Source: the human T2T-CHM13v2.0 reference genome, Homo sapiens. Taken from it: DNA of 64,000 nt. The stretch's first letter is position 1. Each line of letters opens with the position of its first letter. The position numbers and the translations under genes are program-made. The notes below the pieces were generated by a model. That model had not been told where the DNA came from. It searched no databases and saw nothing but the letters and a program-made list of their open reading frames with translations. This document shows positions 1 to 20,231 of this stretch, piece after piece. Location: assembly GCF_009914755.1 (NCBI RefSeq), contig NC_060946.1. One strand, given 5' to 3'.

Positions 1-6040
<6,040 letters not shown>

Positions 6041-6857
6041 AAATTTTTTTAGATTCAGGGAGTATTTTTGCAGGCTTATTACATGGATATATTGTGTGAT
6101 GCTGAACAATGTGGGATATAATAGATCCCATCACCTAGGCAGTAAGCATAGCACTCATAGTTTCTCACCCCCTGCCCTCCTCCTTCCCTCCTTCATCTAG
6201 TAGTTCTCAGTGTCTATTGCTGTCATCTTTATATTCATGAGTACCCCCATGTTTAAATCCTTCTTATAGGCAAGAACATGTGGTATTTGGTTTTCTGTTC
6301 CTGTATTAATTTCCCTAGGATAATGGCCTCCAGACGTATGCATGTTGCTGCACAGGACATGATTGTATTCTTTTTAATGTGTGCATAGTATTTTATGGTG
6401 TATATGTGGCACATATTTCTATCCAATTTATTGATTCACACATAAGTTAATTCCATGCCTTCCCTATTGTGAATAGCAATATGACGCATATACAAGTGCA
6501 TGTGGGGTTTCTTTTTGTAGAATTTTTAATTTTCTTTTGGATATACACTCAGCAATGGAATTGCTGGTTGAATAGTACTTCTGTTTTAAATTCTTTGAAA
6601 AATCTCCAAACTGCTTTTCACAGTGGCTGAACTATTTACATTCTCACCAACAATGTATAAGTATTTCATTTTCTCTGAAGTCTAACCAGAATTTGTTTTT
6701 TTTTTTACTTTTTAATAGTAGCCATTCTGACTAATATGAGATCGTATCTCACATTGATTTGCATTTCTCTGATGATTAGTGATGTTGAACATTAAGAAAA
6801 CAACCCCATTAAAACATTGACAAGGGACATAAGCAGACAGTTCTCAAAAGAAGACAA
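6041..6857 (-). mobile_element. L1 3' end (L1PB/L1MA-like) with a short 5' inversion (6794-6857)
   Basis: Antisense L1 3'UTR and ORF2 end to ~6790, then a sense-oriented L1 piece (aaaacaaccccattaaaa...ctcaaaagaagaca) that is the adjacent L1 segment inverted. Confidence 0.75.
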
Positions 6858-7263
<406 letters not shown>

Positions 7264-7879
7264 TTAATTGTAGGGATTGACAGTATGTTTCCCCTTCTCT
7301 ATCTCCTTCCTTCTTTTGTGATTTTTTTTTCTGATCACTATGAATCCACTCAGCAGAGTAATCTCCATTCTTAATCTGTGTGAATTGTGGTGATGAGCTA
7401 GTCAGCTCTCTTAAAATCACTAACAAAAAAGTTTTAAATTTCCTAGTTAGTAATACATTTTTAGCATGCCACAAGATACTCTTAGAACAAGGACTTCTGG
7501 TCTAGGCATTACGGACTATGATGATTAGTTCTCTGGATTTCTATAAGCTTTGAAATTAAAAGGTAAAAATCTAAAATAAATTGGACTTCATACTATTTAT
7601 ACATTTATTGGGTTTGTTAATTATTCCATAGGAAAGCAGATGAAAGGCTTTTGTAGAATTCAATTCTGCTTCACCTTATTTAAGGTTACAAGAAGGGAAT
7701 TATATTGATGTAATTGACAGACTGAATTAACCTCAGTCATCACATGTGATTTTTCTAGAGTTTTTTTAATGGTGCTGACATTCTCTTCAATATGTCCATG
7801 CTTAGCTTGGGTTTCTGGGGGAGAGACGAGTAGCTAGTACTAACCATCTAAAACATAATATTCATTAGTTGGAATAATA

Positions 7880-8437
7880 ATGTGATATGATAGTTTTCAA
7901 GATGATGCCCTCAATTTCTTTCTTCCCTGCATGCACATGCTGCTCTTTACATTGACAGCTGGAGTCGAATCTCCAATTTCTTGAATCTGTGCTGGTCACA
8001 ATGACTTGCTTTACCAATAGGATGGAGCAGAAGTTGTATTCTAGGACCTCCAAGGCTAGGTCTTAAGAAGCTTTGTAGTATTTGCCTGTGTGTCTTGGGA
8101 CCAACTACCAAGTTGCGAGCACTCCAGATAGCATGGAGAGGTCAGATAGATAGGCATCACACTCAGCAGCCAATATGCACTGCCAGCCATATGAGTGACC
8201 CGTCTAGGCTCTTTAGTCTAGTGGAGCTTTCAGGTGAGTTCAGCAGCAGCCAACCAACAGCAACTGCAAGAAACACTCCAAAAGAGAACTTTTGTAGTGC
8301 CCATCAACCCACAAAACCATGAGAAATAACATTATTTAAAATCACTGAACAAATAATAACAATAAACAATATTAAACAATAAATAATTCCTTAAGTTTTG
8401 GAATGGCTTACTATTCAGCAAGAGATAGCTAGAACAA
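7880..8437 (+). mobile_element. MLT1-type MaLR LTR
   Basis: Resembles remembered MLT1 consensus (cttgaatctg.gctgg...gacttgcttt.ccaatag; 3' cagcaa.agata.ctagaaca). Confidence 0.65.
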
Positions 8438-10201
8438 GTACTAAATATTGCACAATACTGAATAAGTGTAAGTTTAGTTGTATAATATACTTCTACATTT
8501 TAAAGCCATTGACATTTCTGGAAAGAGTGCAAAAGTGAGCACTGATTAAATGGTTTCCAAGAGAAGTTGTCTGTTGTATCTCAACGTCATCATTTACCAA
8601 TGGGAGCTGCATTTTGTTTTTGGAAAATATATATTTTAATGTTCATTTTAAAAAATATACTAACAATTTTTTAGAAAGGCATATGCTATTTTGCAAAAAA
8701 TTTGAGCAAACCAGAGAAGTGTAAACTTTAAGGCTCTAATCATATTTATATGCTATTTAACCCACAAATCCAAAGTCTGATGACAAACATTTTTATCTAA
8801 TACTGATATTTGGATAAATAAGTTAAAGTAACAGTTTTCTATTTAAATGATAGGCCTTATAATTGGTATGATGTTGAGATGGCTGCAGTGGATGGGCTCA
8901 TTACCATAATAATATTTTCTCTTTAACAGTTTTTTAGAATATTAAGAGAGAACCAGAGAGTCTAAAACTGGGTTAGACAGCAGTAATAAAATCAGAGTGA
9001 CACTTACTTTGCAGCAGCGGGACTGGAATTCTTGCTGTTGGGGTTGGTGGCAGCAAACTCAATTATGGGTGTCTCCTGCTTCATGCTTGGATGGTGTGTT
9101 GGAACATTTCCTGTTTAGAACTTTCTAACACTTCCTGACTAGAGCTGTTTAAAATAGAAACAAACCCCTCTGATTTTGAATTTAGCCTATTTATTGTTAT
9201 AATTTGTTCATATGTTTCTACTTTTTAGACTGTGGCTTTCTTGTAGACAGAAGTCGTATCTTATACCTCTTTTTCTTCAGCAGCAGTGTGCTTGGCACCG
9301 AGTTGAATTGTCAGGTTCGTTGAGTAAGTAAAGTAAAATTATACTAGAATTAAACTATTAAATTTATCAATTTTTCTCAGAAAATATATAGCTAAGTATG
9401 ACGTATGAATCAATTCACTCACTGATTCAACAAACTTTTTTTAAGTGACTACAGTATGCTATGAGCTAGGAATATGGCAGTAAACAAATCTCACCTTGTC
9501 TCAAACTTCAGTGGATCCGGGAATCTCTAGAAGTTTAATTCTTGCTCAATCAGCAATTCCTTTTCACTGAAGACTTGACAAGAAGGTTTGAGAAGGCAAG
9601 AGTGTGTGAACTCAGCAGATGTTTGTGATGCACCTACTGTGTGCCAGAAGCTGTAGTGTCACAGGGTCTGCCTGTGTCTCCTAGGAAAGGTGAAAACTAA
9701 GGACAATATTTTAAACAACAAATAATGTCAAGTATGCATTGTGATGGAGAGGGAAAGCGCTGGGTCCCAAGAGTATAAAAGGCACTAAGCCTAGCGTGGG
9801 GTCCAGGCGTCTCTGGCATAGTGCCTTCCTAGGTCGTGGTTGTCCCTCCTTGTTGCTCCTGCTGTCTTTTTCAGTTACATCTGCTTCTCTGCTTTTCCTC
9901 ATTTTACAGTGTGTGAGACGCAGTCATCTCTGAACAGGAATAGGCAACTGTGCACCTGTTACGCCTTGGTTGATGCTCTGCATTGATGTACGCTGGGCCC
10001 AGGTTTCCCTAGTGGACTGCTTGGGCCGTTCTTGTCATCTGGCTCTGAAGTCTTTGTTCACAGAGGTGCACTTGCCAGATGGGGAAGCCAGAGATCTGGG
10101 GTCCTCAGATGAGGCCACTCTCACCCACCCTGCTTATCTTCCCTGACATACCTAACAGATGAAGCTCAGGTGGGCGATGCACCTCAGGCCACAGTGTGGA
10201 C

Positions 10202-10729
10202 TGTTGTAACCAAGCGAGTTATAGAGGAACGCCACACTTTGAGACAAATTAAGGAGTCCTTTATTAGCCGGAGACCGAGGGCAGCTAACGCTCAAAATTC
10301 TCTTGGCCCTGAGGAAGGGGCTGGTTTTGTTTTTATTCTGTGGTCTAAATAGGGGAGAGGGAAGTTTAACTGAAACAATTTTTACAGAAGCAGAGCTGGC
10401 AAATAGTTAAGAAATTAATTGGTTACAAAAGCAGTTACAAAACAAATAAACAGTTCCAGGTGCAGGGGCTTAAACTATCACAAAAAGAGACATGCAGGGG
10501 TTTTGTGTGACTTTCACCGAGCGCATCCCCAGGAGCTGCTGGTGCAGCTTACCTCAATATCTTATCAGTAAGTGCATTCCTGGACGTGCTTTGAGTCAGT
10601 TTACACTAGTTATGCCCTTAAGGGAGGGAGATAATGGGGGCTGCACTTGAAGAAAGTAAAATGGAGTCTCTCCGGCTCTCTCTCCACTAGGAGAGAGTCA
10701 CTCAGGTTAAAACAAGGTAGGGGATCACA
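10202..10729 (-). mobile_element. Solo ERV1 LTR, probably LTR6 (HERVS71 group)
   Basis: TG...CA termini, 528 bp, 4-bp TSD GGAC at 10198-10201 and 10730-10733, minus-strand AATAAA near 10260; subfamily from memory. Confidence 0.8.
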
Positions 10730-11299
10730 GGACCATGTACAGTTCTTCAAACTCCAGCTTCAACTCTTTCTAATTGCTCTCTTAGGACAGTATATTTAGA
10801 TCGGAGTAAATGAAAGTAGTGTTATTAGGAGATAAGGTTAAAATCGATCCCATTTGTAAAAAGGGAAGTAGATTATTTGTGAACTGTAATACTTTTTTTA
10901 GTGAAGAATCACCTTAAAACTTGGAACCTGGATACAAGATAATTCCTTCATTCTGCAAAAGTTTAGTAGCAAACTATATGCCAGGACTGTGCTAGGTACT
11001 AGGGATACATGGTTGACTATATAGTATAAGATGCCTTGGAGTGTCAGATAGTTTCATATAAATGGCTTATGCAGTATATAGACAGTGTGGTAAAAAGAGA
11101 CTACTGAGATGCACAAAGAACAGACAATAAAGCATCTTTGAATGGTAGATAAATGTGTTTGGACTTTTCACTCAGGGCTGTTGAAGTTTTTGAAGGTCAG
11201 TGGTCTCAGAGTTTTCGTGTTTTCAAGCCCTGCTAAGTACTTTGTTTCTAGCTGATGATTGGCCACCATTACTGATCATCTATTGGCTCTGTCTGATTC

Positions 11300-11816
11300 A
11301 GCAATCCCACCACTGAGTATTTATGCAAAGGAAAAGAAATCAATTTATCAGAAAGATAACTGTACTCGTGTATTTGTTGCAACACTATTCACAGTAGCAC
11401 AGATATAAAATCAACCTAATGTCCATCAACAAATGACTGGAGAAAGAAAATGTAGAAAATATACACAATGAAATACTATTCAGGCATAAAAAACAATAGA
11501 ATCATAACTTTTGCAGACATATGGATGGAACTGGAGGCCATTGTTGTAAGTGAAGCAAGCCAGACACAGAGTAAACATCGTATTTTATCACTCATAAGCG
11601 GGTGCTAAAAGATGTGTAGATATTGACGTAGAGAGTGTAATGATAAGGGAGACTCAGCAGGGTGAGGGGATGGAAGGGATGAACAGTGAGAAATTACTTA
11701 ATGGGTACAATGTGCTTTATTCTGGTGATGGATACCTAAAAGCCCTGACTTCACCACTATGCCATCCATGCTTACAGCAAAATTGCACTTGGAACCCTTA
11801 AATTTATACACAAAAA
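11300..11816 (+). mobile_element. L1MA-type 3' end
   Basis: L1 ORF2 end and 3'UTR motifs (gcaatcccac.actg, atggatggaactggagg, ccctgacttcaccactatg). Confidence 0.8.
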
Positions 11817-14134
11817 GTCTTAGACCTCTCTCTCTTCTCTCATAAGACTCAGAGCTCAGGGATCCCCTTCGATCTCCTCAGCCTGCTGAGTTTTGATTTT
11901 CCTACCTAAGGTGATTTTGGGCAGAGACAAGGGAGTGTTTCAGGAAGATGTTCTCAGGCACACACTTCTGAAGAAACATAGGAGGCTCTTCTAGTGGCCT
12001 TTATCTAGTCACTGCTTTAAGCAAGGAATAAAACATCTGTGGCTAAAATTCGTAAAACTGTGTTTCCCACCCACCCTTCAGACCTGAGAGAAGAGATTTT
12101 AGGACTTTAAGGGAACAGCTTTTTCCTGACCCAAAAGGGCACAGTAGTGCAAAAGCCAACGTCAAGTAAGTACCTTTTCCCCACCTGTAAAATAACTTCC
12201 AGGTAGTATTCCCACAGCTGGAATCAGTACAATGTTTTGACTGAGGTATTGGAAAAGGCTATGAGCTCATTATCATTTTAACATATGAGTAATGGAAAAT
12301 TTAGGCAGAATTTTATTTGAAAAGTTTATTTATGCAATTTTTAGTTAACTGATTTATATTGCAGTTATTTCAAACAATAAAAATCAGGTCATTGTGTTGT
12401 AAGCTAGAAATATGTACAATAACATGTGGTCTTGATTATCTCACATAATGAATTGAAGATTAAAGCAAAATAATTTATCTTAGGGAATTTTGTGACAGTT
12501 TCTCTTTCACTTTGCTTTAATAATGACTTCAAACTGTTGTACATATATAGAGAACTCCTGACTAAAGAGAATTTTTTTGACTATTGTGCTATGTTTCTGT
12601 AACTTTTTAAGATCTAGAGGAACATACATTTAGTCTCAGTTGGCCAACTAAATGTTATGGAGTCAGCTTCCGTGTTATGTGCTGAGCGTTGAAGGAATGG
12701 TGGAGACAAGGCTGCTGCCCTCACAGAGTCTACAGAGAAAACCTGATGAATTGTGGCAGGGAACATGCTGGGAGCATCCCAGGATGCCAAAAGCCCACAC
12801 AGATGGAACACCTGCCTTAGAACCGGGGAGGGTCAGACAAGGAGAGGTGTCAGGAAAAACAAGGGAAGTTTAATCTGCAGGAATAGAAACACACTTGAGA
12901 AATCCATGGGGAATGAAAAGAGAATGGCTGAGCAGCAGCAGATTGTCAAAAAGGAAATCAAGAAGGAGCAGCCAAAGAGGTTGATGGAGAACCAGGAGAA
13001 AGAAGGTAACACTGAAGCCAAGGGAAGGAAAGTGTTTCAACATTTCTGGGAAAAAATGACATGCTCTGTCTTAACCTTGCTGTTTTATGAGTCATATAGC
13101 CACATTCCAGGTTCTGAGAAGTCCAGCACAAAAGATGTTTCTTTTAGTTTGCTTAACCCAGCATTTGCCAGAATAATCTGGGCTCAGTGTGAGTGTGTGT
13201 GCGTGTGTGTGCGTGTGTGTTCTACTAATATCTCACTGAGGGTAGTGCTCTATACAACATAATTTTTAAAATACTGGTTATATCCATCTTTTTGTTCAGC
13301 TGCAGCACTTACAAAGGTCAACTTTGATCATGTGCCTTCGTTACTAAAGGAAACAAAACAAACTAATGAGTAAAGCCCACCCGGCAGTGGCTCCTCACTA
13401 CCTGTAGGATGGAGCCCACCTGGCTTGGCCTGGGTGCCCTGTGCTGACCTGGCCGTGCTGTCTTCTGCCTGCTGCTTTGCCTCCCCTTTCCTCCTGAAGA
13501 AGGTAGAGATCCTCTGAGCTTTGGCCCATCTGGAATATGTGTCCTTCCCCTCATGTGGCCCATGTTTTCCTGAGTCCACTTTAATCTCGTTTAAGGGTAT
13601 AGAACTTCCCTTAAAGCTTTTGGTCCGGTCTCACTCTGTGTGCTGTCTTCCTGCCCCTTCTACAATGTACATACTTTACTGATACATTAATTATGCTATA
13701 CCAGCCAAGGTTTTTACTTCTATACCATTTTATATCATCATCTTTTTTCTTAGAGCGTAGTTCACTTATTTATTCAGTCTTTCCACAATATAATTGCATG
13801 TCATATAATTTCATATTTATTTTCATTGGTGTTTATATATCTTTTCTGTAAAAATGGAGGCTTTCTAAATAGATCTTCATTAGTGTTGGAAGAACAAGGT
13901 TTTAAGTCTCGGTCTCAGCCAAAAGGTGTTTCCCGCATTACCAGGAGGGAAAGAAACACTTGCATTGTTGCATTAGATATTCTTACAGAGAAAGAGAACC
14001 ATGTGTAATGGAAAATTGCGAACTTTGCCTCAGGGAGACCAGGTTGATTCACTGAGAAAGTTTGAATTGGTTTAGAAAGCATAGTTCTGAGTTTTCTAGA
14101 AGGACAAAAGTTAGAGTAGGGCATAAGAAGTAAT

Positions 14135-16400
14135 GCCCATATCGAAAAATTAGAAATATCTCAAATTAACAACCTAATATCACAACTGAAAGAATTAGAG
14201 AAGCAAGAAGAACTCAACCACAAAGCTTATAGAAGACAAGAAATAACTAAAATCAGAGCTGAATAGAAATTGAGACATGAAAAAAAGTTCAAAAGATCAC
14301 TTAATCAAGGTTTTTTGAAAAAATTAATAAGACAGGGCACTAGATAGACTAATAAAGAAGAAAAGAGAGAAGATTCAAATAAACAAAATTAGAAATGATG
14401 TAGGGAATGTTACCACTGACCCCAGAGAAATAAAAATAACAACCAGCAACTACTATGAGCACCTCTATACACAAAAACTAGAAACCCTAGAAGAGATTAA
14501 TAAATTCCTGGACACATATACTCTCTCAAGGCTGAACCAGGAAGAAATTCAGTCTCTGAGCGGACCAATTATGAGCTCCAAAAATTGAATCCGTAACAAA
14601 TAGCCTATCAACTCCCCAAAAAAGCCCAGGACATGATAGATTAACATATTTTAACACATGTACAAAGAAGAGCCAGTACCAGTCCTACTGAAACTATTTC
14701 AAGAAATAGAGGAGGAGGGACTCTTCCCCAACTTGTTCTACGAGGCCAGAAACATCCTGATACCAAAGCCTGGCAGTGACACAACAAAAAAAGAAAACTT
14801 AAGGCCAGTATCCTTGATGAACATCCATTCAATAATCCACAACAAAATACTTGCAAACTGAATCTAGCAACACATCAAAAGGCTAATTCACCATAGTGAA
14901 GTAAGCTTCTTCCCTGGAATGGAAGGTTGGTCCATCATGGGCAAATCAATAAAATGTGATTCATAACATAAATAAAACTAAAGATAAGAACCACGTGATT
15001 GTCTCAACAGATGCAGAAAAGGCTTTCAGTAAAATTCAGCAAAGCTTCATGTTAAAAATTCTCAATTAAATGAGGTATCAAAGGAATATACCTCAAAATA
15101 ATAAAGGTCACCTATGACAAACTCACAGCCAACATTATACTAAATGGGCAAAATCTGGAAGCATCCTCCTTGAAACCCACACAAGACAAGGATGCCCTCT
15201 CTCACCACTCTTATTCAACATAGTATTAGAAGTCCTTTCTGGAGCAAACAGACAAGAGAAAGAAATAAAGGGTATTTAAATAGAAAGAGAAGTCCAACTA
15301 CCTCTGTTTGCAGACAACATAATTCTCTATCTAAACCCTATAGTTGTGACCCAAAACTCCTTAAGCTGATAAACAACTTCCACAAAGTTTCAGGACACAA
15401 AATCAATGTACAAAATTTGCTAGCATTCCTATTCACCAAGAAGAGCCAAACTAAGAGCCAAATCAGAGAGGCAATTTTATTCACAATTTCCACAAAAAGA
15501 ATAAAGTACATATGAATACAGCTAACCAGGGAGGTGAAAAATCTCTACAATGAAAATTACAAAACACTGCTCAAAGAAGTCAGAGAAGACACAAATAAAT
15601 GAAAAATCATTCCATGTTAATGGAGAGAAAGAATTAATATCATTTAAATGGTTGTACTGTCCAAAGCTATTCCTATTAAACTACCAATGACATGCTTCAC
15701 AGAAGTAGAAAAAAGCTATTTAAAAATTCATATAGAACCAAGAAAGAACCTAAGTAGCCAAGGCAATCCTAAGCAAAAAGAACAAAGCTTGAGGCATCAC
15801 ATTACCCGACTTCAAACTATGCTACAGCACTATAATAACCAAAACAGCATGGTACTAGTACAAAAACAGACACATCCACCAGTGCAACAGAATAGAGAGG
15901 TTAGAAGTAAGACCACATACCTACAACTGTCTAATCTTTGACAAAGCTGGCAAAATAAGCAATGGGGAAAAGATTCCCTATACAATAAATGGTGCTGGGA
16001 TAACTGGCTAACCATATGCAGAAGATTGAAGGTGGACTTCTTCCTTATACCATACACAAAAATCAACTCAAGATGGATTAAATACTTAAATTGAAAACCC
16101 AAAACTATAAAAGCCCTGGAAGTCAACCTAGACAATACCATCCTGGACATAGAAAGAGGCAAAGATTTCATGATAAAGACACCAAAAAACAACAAATACA
16201 ACTATTGACAAGTGGGATCTAATTAAACTTAAAAGCTTCTGCTCAGCAAAAGAAATTATCAATAGAGTGAACAAACAACCTATAGAATGAGGAAAAAATA
16301 TTTACAAACTATGTGTCTGACAAAGATGTAATATTCAATATAAGGAACTTAAATTTACAAGAGAAAAAGAAAAAAACCCTATTAAAATGTGGCCAAAGAC
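14135..16400 (+). mobile_element. Degenerate primate L1 ORF2 fragment
   Basis: L1 ORF2 peptides ([23 protein letters not shown]) with many stops. Confidence 0.9.
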
Positions 16401-18275
16401 CTGACTTCTGAATGGCACTTCTGGACCCAGCCAGGGACTGAGGGATCTCACTGCCCTAAAGGAAAGAACACAGGCCTGTCTGGCTTTGCCACCTGCTAAT
16501 TGTAGAGACCAAAGGCCTTGAGTGAACATAGGCAGTCGTCAGAAAGTGCATGCAGCAGGACTTGAGCAAGACCCGTGCTGTGCTAGCTTCAGGTCTGATC
16601 AAGTACAGTCATAGTGGTGGTGGCCAGGGGTGCTTGTGTCTTTCTTCTCCCAGCTTTAGGTGGCTTAGAACAGAGAGAAAGACTCTGTATCTTTGAGAGA
16701 AAATAAGGGTAGGGAAAAAGAGTCTCTGGCTAGTAAACCAGAAAATTCTCCTGGATTTTGTTGAAGGCGGTCAAGGTGGTACTTCTCTGAGTCTGGAAGA
16801 ATTACAGCATTATTGGGTATAAGGTCCCCCATAAAGCAGATATGGCTTAGACCACAACACCCAACTCTTTTCAAATATTTGAAAAGCCTTCCCAAGAAAG
16901 ACAGCTACAAATAAGCCCAGACAGTGAAGACTACAATAAATACTCACCTTTTCTCTCTTTAAATTTTATTTTTTAAACCTCTCATATGGAGCTGCATGCC
17001 CAGGATTTTAATGTCCAGACACTGAAGAACATCTACTAGCATCAACACCATCCAGGAAAACATGACTTCACCAAGTGAACTAAATAAGGCACCGGGGACA
17101 AATCCTGGAGAAAAAGAGATATGTGATGTTTCAGATGGAGAATTCAAAAGAGCTGTATTTAAAAAAAAAAAAACTGAAATAAATTTAAGATAACAAAGTA
17201 AAGAAATTCCAAATTTTATCAGCTAAACTCAACAAAGAGATTGGAATAGTTACAGCAAATAAAGCAGAAATTCTGAGCTGAAAAATGCAATTGGCATGCT
17301 GAAGAATGCATTAGAGCCATGTAATAGCAGAATGGATCAAGCGAAGAAATAGTGAGCTTGAAGACAGGCTCTTTGAAAATACATAGAAGAGACAAAAGAA
17401 AAAGAATAAAAACAACAAATCATGCGGACAGGATTTAGAAAATAGCCTCACAAAGACAGATATAAGAGTTATTTTTTTTAAAGAAGATGTAGAGAAAGAG
17501 GCAGGGGAGGATCTAGAAAATAGCCTCAGAAAGACAGATCTAAGAGTTATTGGTTTTAAAGAAGATGTAGAGAAAGGGGCAGGGGTAGAAAAATTTATTC
17601 AAAGGGATAATAACAGAGAACTTTCCAAACCTAGAGAAAGATATCCATATCCAACTAAAAAATGTTATAGAACATTAAGCAGATTTAACCCAAAAAAGAC
17701 TACTTCAAAGCATTCAACAACCGATATTCCAACAATCAAACATAAAGAAAAGTTCTAAAGGAAGAAAGAGAAAAGAACAAATAACATACTGGGGAGCTCC
17801 AACACGTCTGGCAGCAGACTTTACAGTGGAAACTCTACTGGTCAGGAGAGAGAAGCAATAAATATTTAAAGTACTAAAGGAAAAAAACTTTTACCTTAGA
17901 ATAGAATATACAGTGAAAATTTTCTTCAAATAAAAAGAATACTGACTTTTTCAGACAAACAAAAGCTGAAGTACTTTATGAATACCATACCTGTCCTAAA
18001 GGAATGCTAAAGGGAGTACTTCGATCAGGAAGAAAAGGACATTAACGAGCAATAAATGATCACCTAAAAGTAACAAAAAAAAAATCCTCACTGCTAATAA
18101 GATACAAAACAAAACAGAATATTATAACACTATAGATGGGTGGTGTGTAAACTACTCTTATTCAAGGTAGGAATACTAAATAATATCCAATCAAAAGTAA
18201 TAACTATGACAACATTTCAAGACATAGCACAATAAAATATAAATAGAAACAACAAAAAGTTAAAAAGTTAAGGGA
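16401..18275 (+). mobile_element. L1M-type 5'UTR/ORF1 fragment
   Basis: A-rich ORF1-like sequence (aactttccaaacctagagaaagat, tggcagcagactt); same family as 3128-6040; ends abruptly at the GC-rich 5S unit. Confidence 0.75.
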
Positions 18276-18624
18276 TGAGCATGACCCGTCCTGAGCCGGC
18301 AGATGTGGTGGAAGCTCTGGAGCTCGGGAGCTCGCGGAAGGACTGGAACGTGGACAGAAAGGAGGCCGCCCCGACAGCCGGAAGTCTGGGAAGGGGACAG
18401 AGGCCTCCGGCGCCCCCCAGCAACAGCAGGGCGGCGCCACATTGGTACTGCGCCAGGCCTGGCCGCCGGTGACGGCGGGACTCTCTGGGAGGCCGGCGGT
18501 GCTCGGGTGTAGAGGGAGACAGCTGCCCGGGGGCACGGGCGAGCGCCTCTGGGGGTCCCGGATCCGAGACCCGCGGCCCCGGGGTGGCGGTGACGCCTGG
18601 AGTCGTGCAGGCGTGGCTGGGCCG

Positions 18625-18636
18625 GGCTCTTGGGTC
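18625..18636 (+). promoter_or_regulatory. 5S D-box-like upstream element (second copy at 21040-21051)
   Basis: ggctcttgggtc versus canonical GGCTCTTGGGGC, positioned exactly -32..-21 from the 5S start in both units. Confidence 0.8.
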
Positions 18637-18656
18637 AGCCAGGCGCTGCTGCTGGT

Positions 18657-18758
18657 GTCTAGGCCACACCACCCTGAACGGGTGAAGCTAAGCAGGGTCG
18701 GGCCTGGTTAGTACCTGGATGGGATTCCGCCTGGTAATAGCGGGTACCGTAGGCTTTT
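18657..18758 (+). pseudogene. 5S rRNA pseudogene (RNA5SP-type), ~20 nt shorter than canonical in the 5' half
   Basis: gtctaggccacaccaccctgaacg...gaagctaagcagggtcgggcctggttagtacctggatggga...gtaggctttt aligns to human 5S; Box A and intermediate element intact, Box C has 2 changes, T4 terminator present. Confidence 0.95.
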
Positions 18759-19776
18759 GGCTTCCCGCTCCCTCCCTCTTTCCCCCTTTTGTCTCCGTGC
18801 TTCCCAACTGCCCCCCGCCTCTGCTACCCCTTGACCACCCTCGCGCCCCAGCGGAAGCCCAGGACCTCGTCGTGAAGATCTGCCGCTGCAGCACCGCCAG
18901 GCAGCAGCATCCCACCTTTTCCGACTCGCCGCAGCCCCACCAGGAGACCCGCTCCAACCCTGGCGGGACGGGACCGACCCCGAGGGTGAAGGCGCGGGTT
19001 CCCTGAGGTCCCGGGTGTCTTCACGCTCCCCGGACTCCCAGGCAATTCTATTCATTCTTCCAGCGACGCGGCAACCGTCCAAGCCGGGGGAAGGGGCGGG
19101 CAGGGACAGCGGGTCCCACAGACCCCAGTGAAGACCTCCGCTCCAGAACCCGTGGGCTGCTTTCCCCAGGGGAAGGACATTGTCCTCGCCAGCCATGAGG
19201 AAATCCGTCCCTGTGCACCCGCTTTCCCAATGCCACAGACTTCGTGTGAACTCCAGTCCTGAGGACAGGAGAGAGATCCAGGTCTCACCCCGTGGACACA
19301 CTCGGTGCCACTGCTCCCAGCAGGCAAACCAGCACACTCTACAAATCTCGGGGCCCATGGCACCAAGGAGACAGAAAGAAGCAAACAAAGGAAGGACCTT
19401 CTGAAACGCAGCCCCAAAGCAACCAACCAATTCAAGAAAAAAAAACACACACGTCTCAGGGCTCCGTTGGTTTTCCTGGGTGGGGGGCCCTGACCCCCTG
19501 TTCTAGCCCGGCCCAAGCACCCTCCACCCCACCCCGGCCTGCTGAAAGGTGCCCTGTCTACCTGAGCAGAGCCTCCCTCTCCAAGGCTCTGTCGCTGTCG
19601 CTCTACAACTCCCTCACCCTCTCCCTTTCTCTACTTCCTCCTCCACTTCGCTCTCTACTGTGGGGCTCTCTCTTCCCCCTTCTGTCTCGCCTCCCCCTTC
19701 TCTGTCTCTCTCTCTATCGCTGTCTCTCTGTCCCTCTGGTTCTATTTCTCCATCCCTCTCTCCCTTGCTCTCCTTC

Positions 19777-20231
19777 TGTAGCAGGAGGAGCTGCAGACAA
19801 AACCCCTCAGACACCGAGTTGTAGAAGGGAGGGCTTTATTCAGGTAGGAGCATTGGCAGACTCACATCTCCAAAAACCTAGCTCTCTGAGTAAGCAATTC
19901 CTGTCCCTCTTAAGGGCTTACAACTCTAAGGGGGTCCGTGTGAGGGGGTCGTGATGGATTGAGGAAGCAGAGGGTACGTGACTGGGGGCTATATGCACCG
20001 GTAATTAGATCAGAAAAAAACAGGACAGGGATTTTCACAGTGCTTTTCTGTACAATGTCTGTAATCTATAGATAACATAATCGAGTAGGTCAGGGGTCGA
20101 TCTTTAACTACCAGGCCCAGGGTGTGGCGCAGGGCTGTCTGCCTGTGGATTTCATTTCTGCCTTTTAGATTTTACTTCTTTCTTTGGAGGCAGAAATTGG
20201 GCATAAGACAATATGAGGGGTGGTCTCCCTT
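19777..20231 (-). mobile_element. Solo LTR2 (HERV-E/Harlequin group)
   Basis: Minus strand reads ggagaccacccctcatattgtcttatgcccaatttctgcctccaaag...gctaca; the paralogous site in unit 2 (ccttgctctccttcaag, 21563-21579) is empty. Confidence 0.85.

Noticed and set aside
9008-9110. Possible minus-strand lncRNA exon (cag|...|gtaagt)
   Set aside because: Weak polypyrimidine tract and no partner exons identifiable from sequence alone
12753-13262. 169-aa ORF
   Set aside because: Non-ATG start, purine-rich low-complexity sequence running into (TG)n, no recognisable domain
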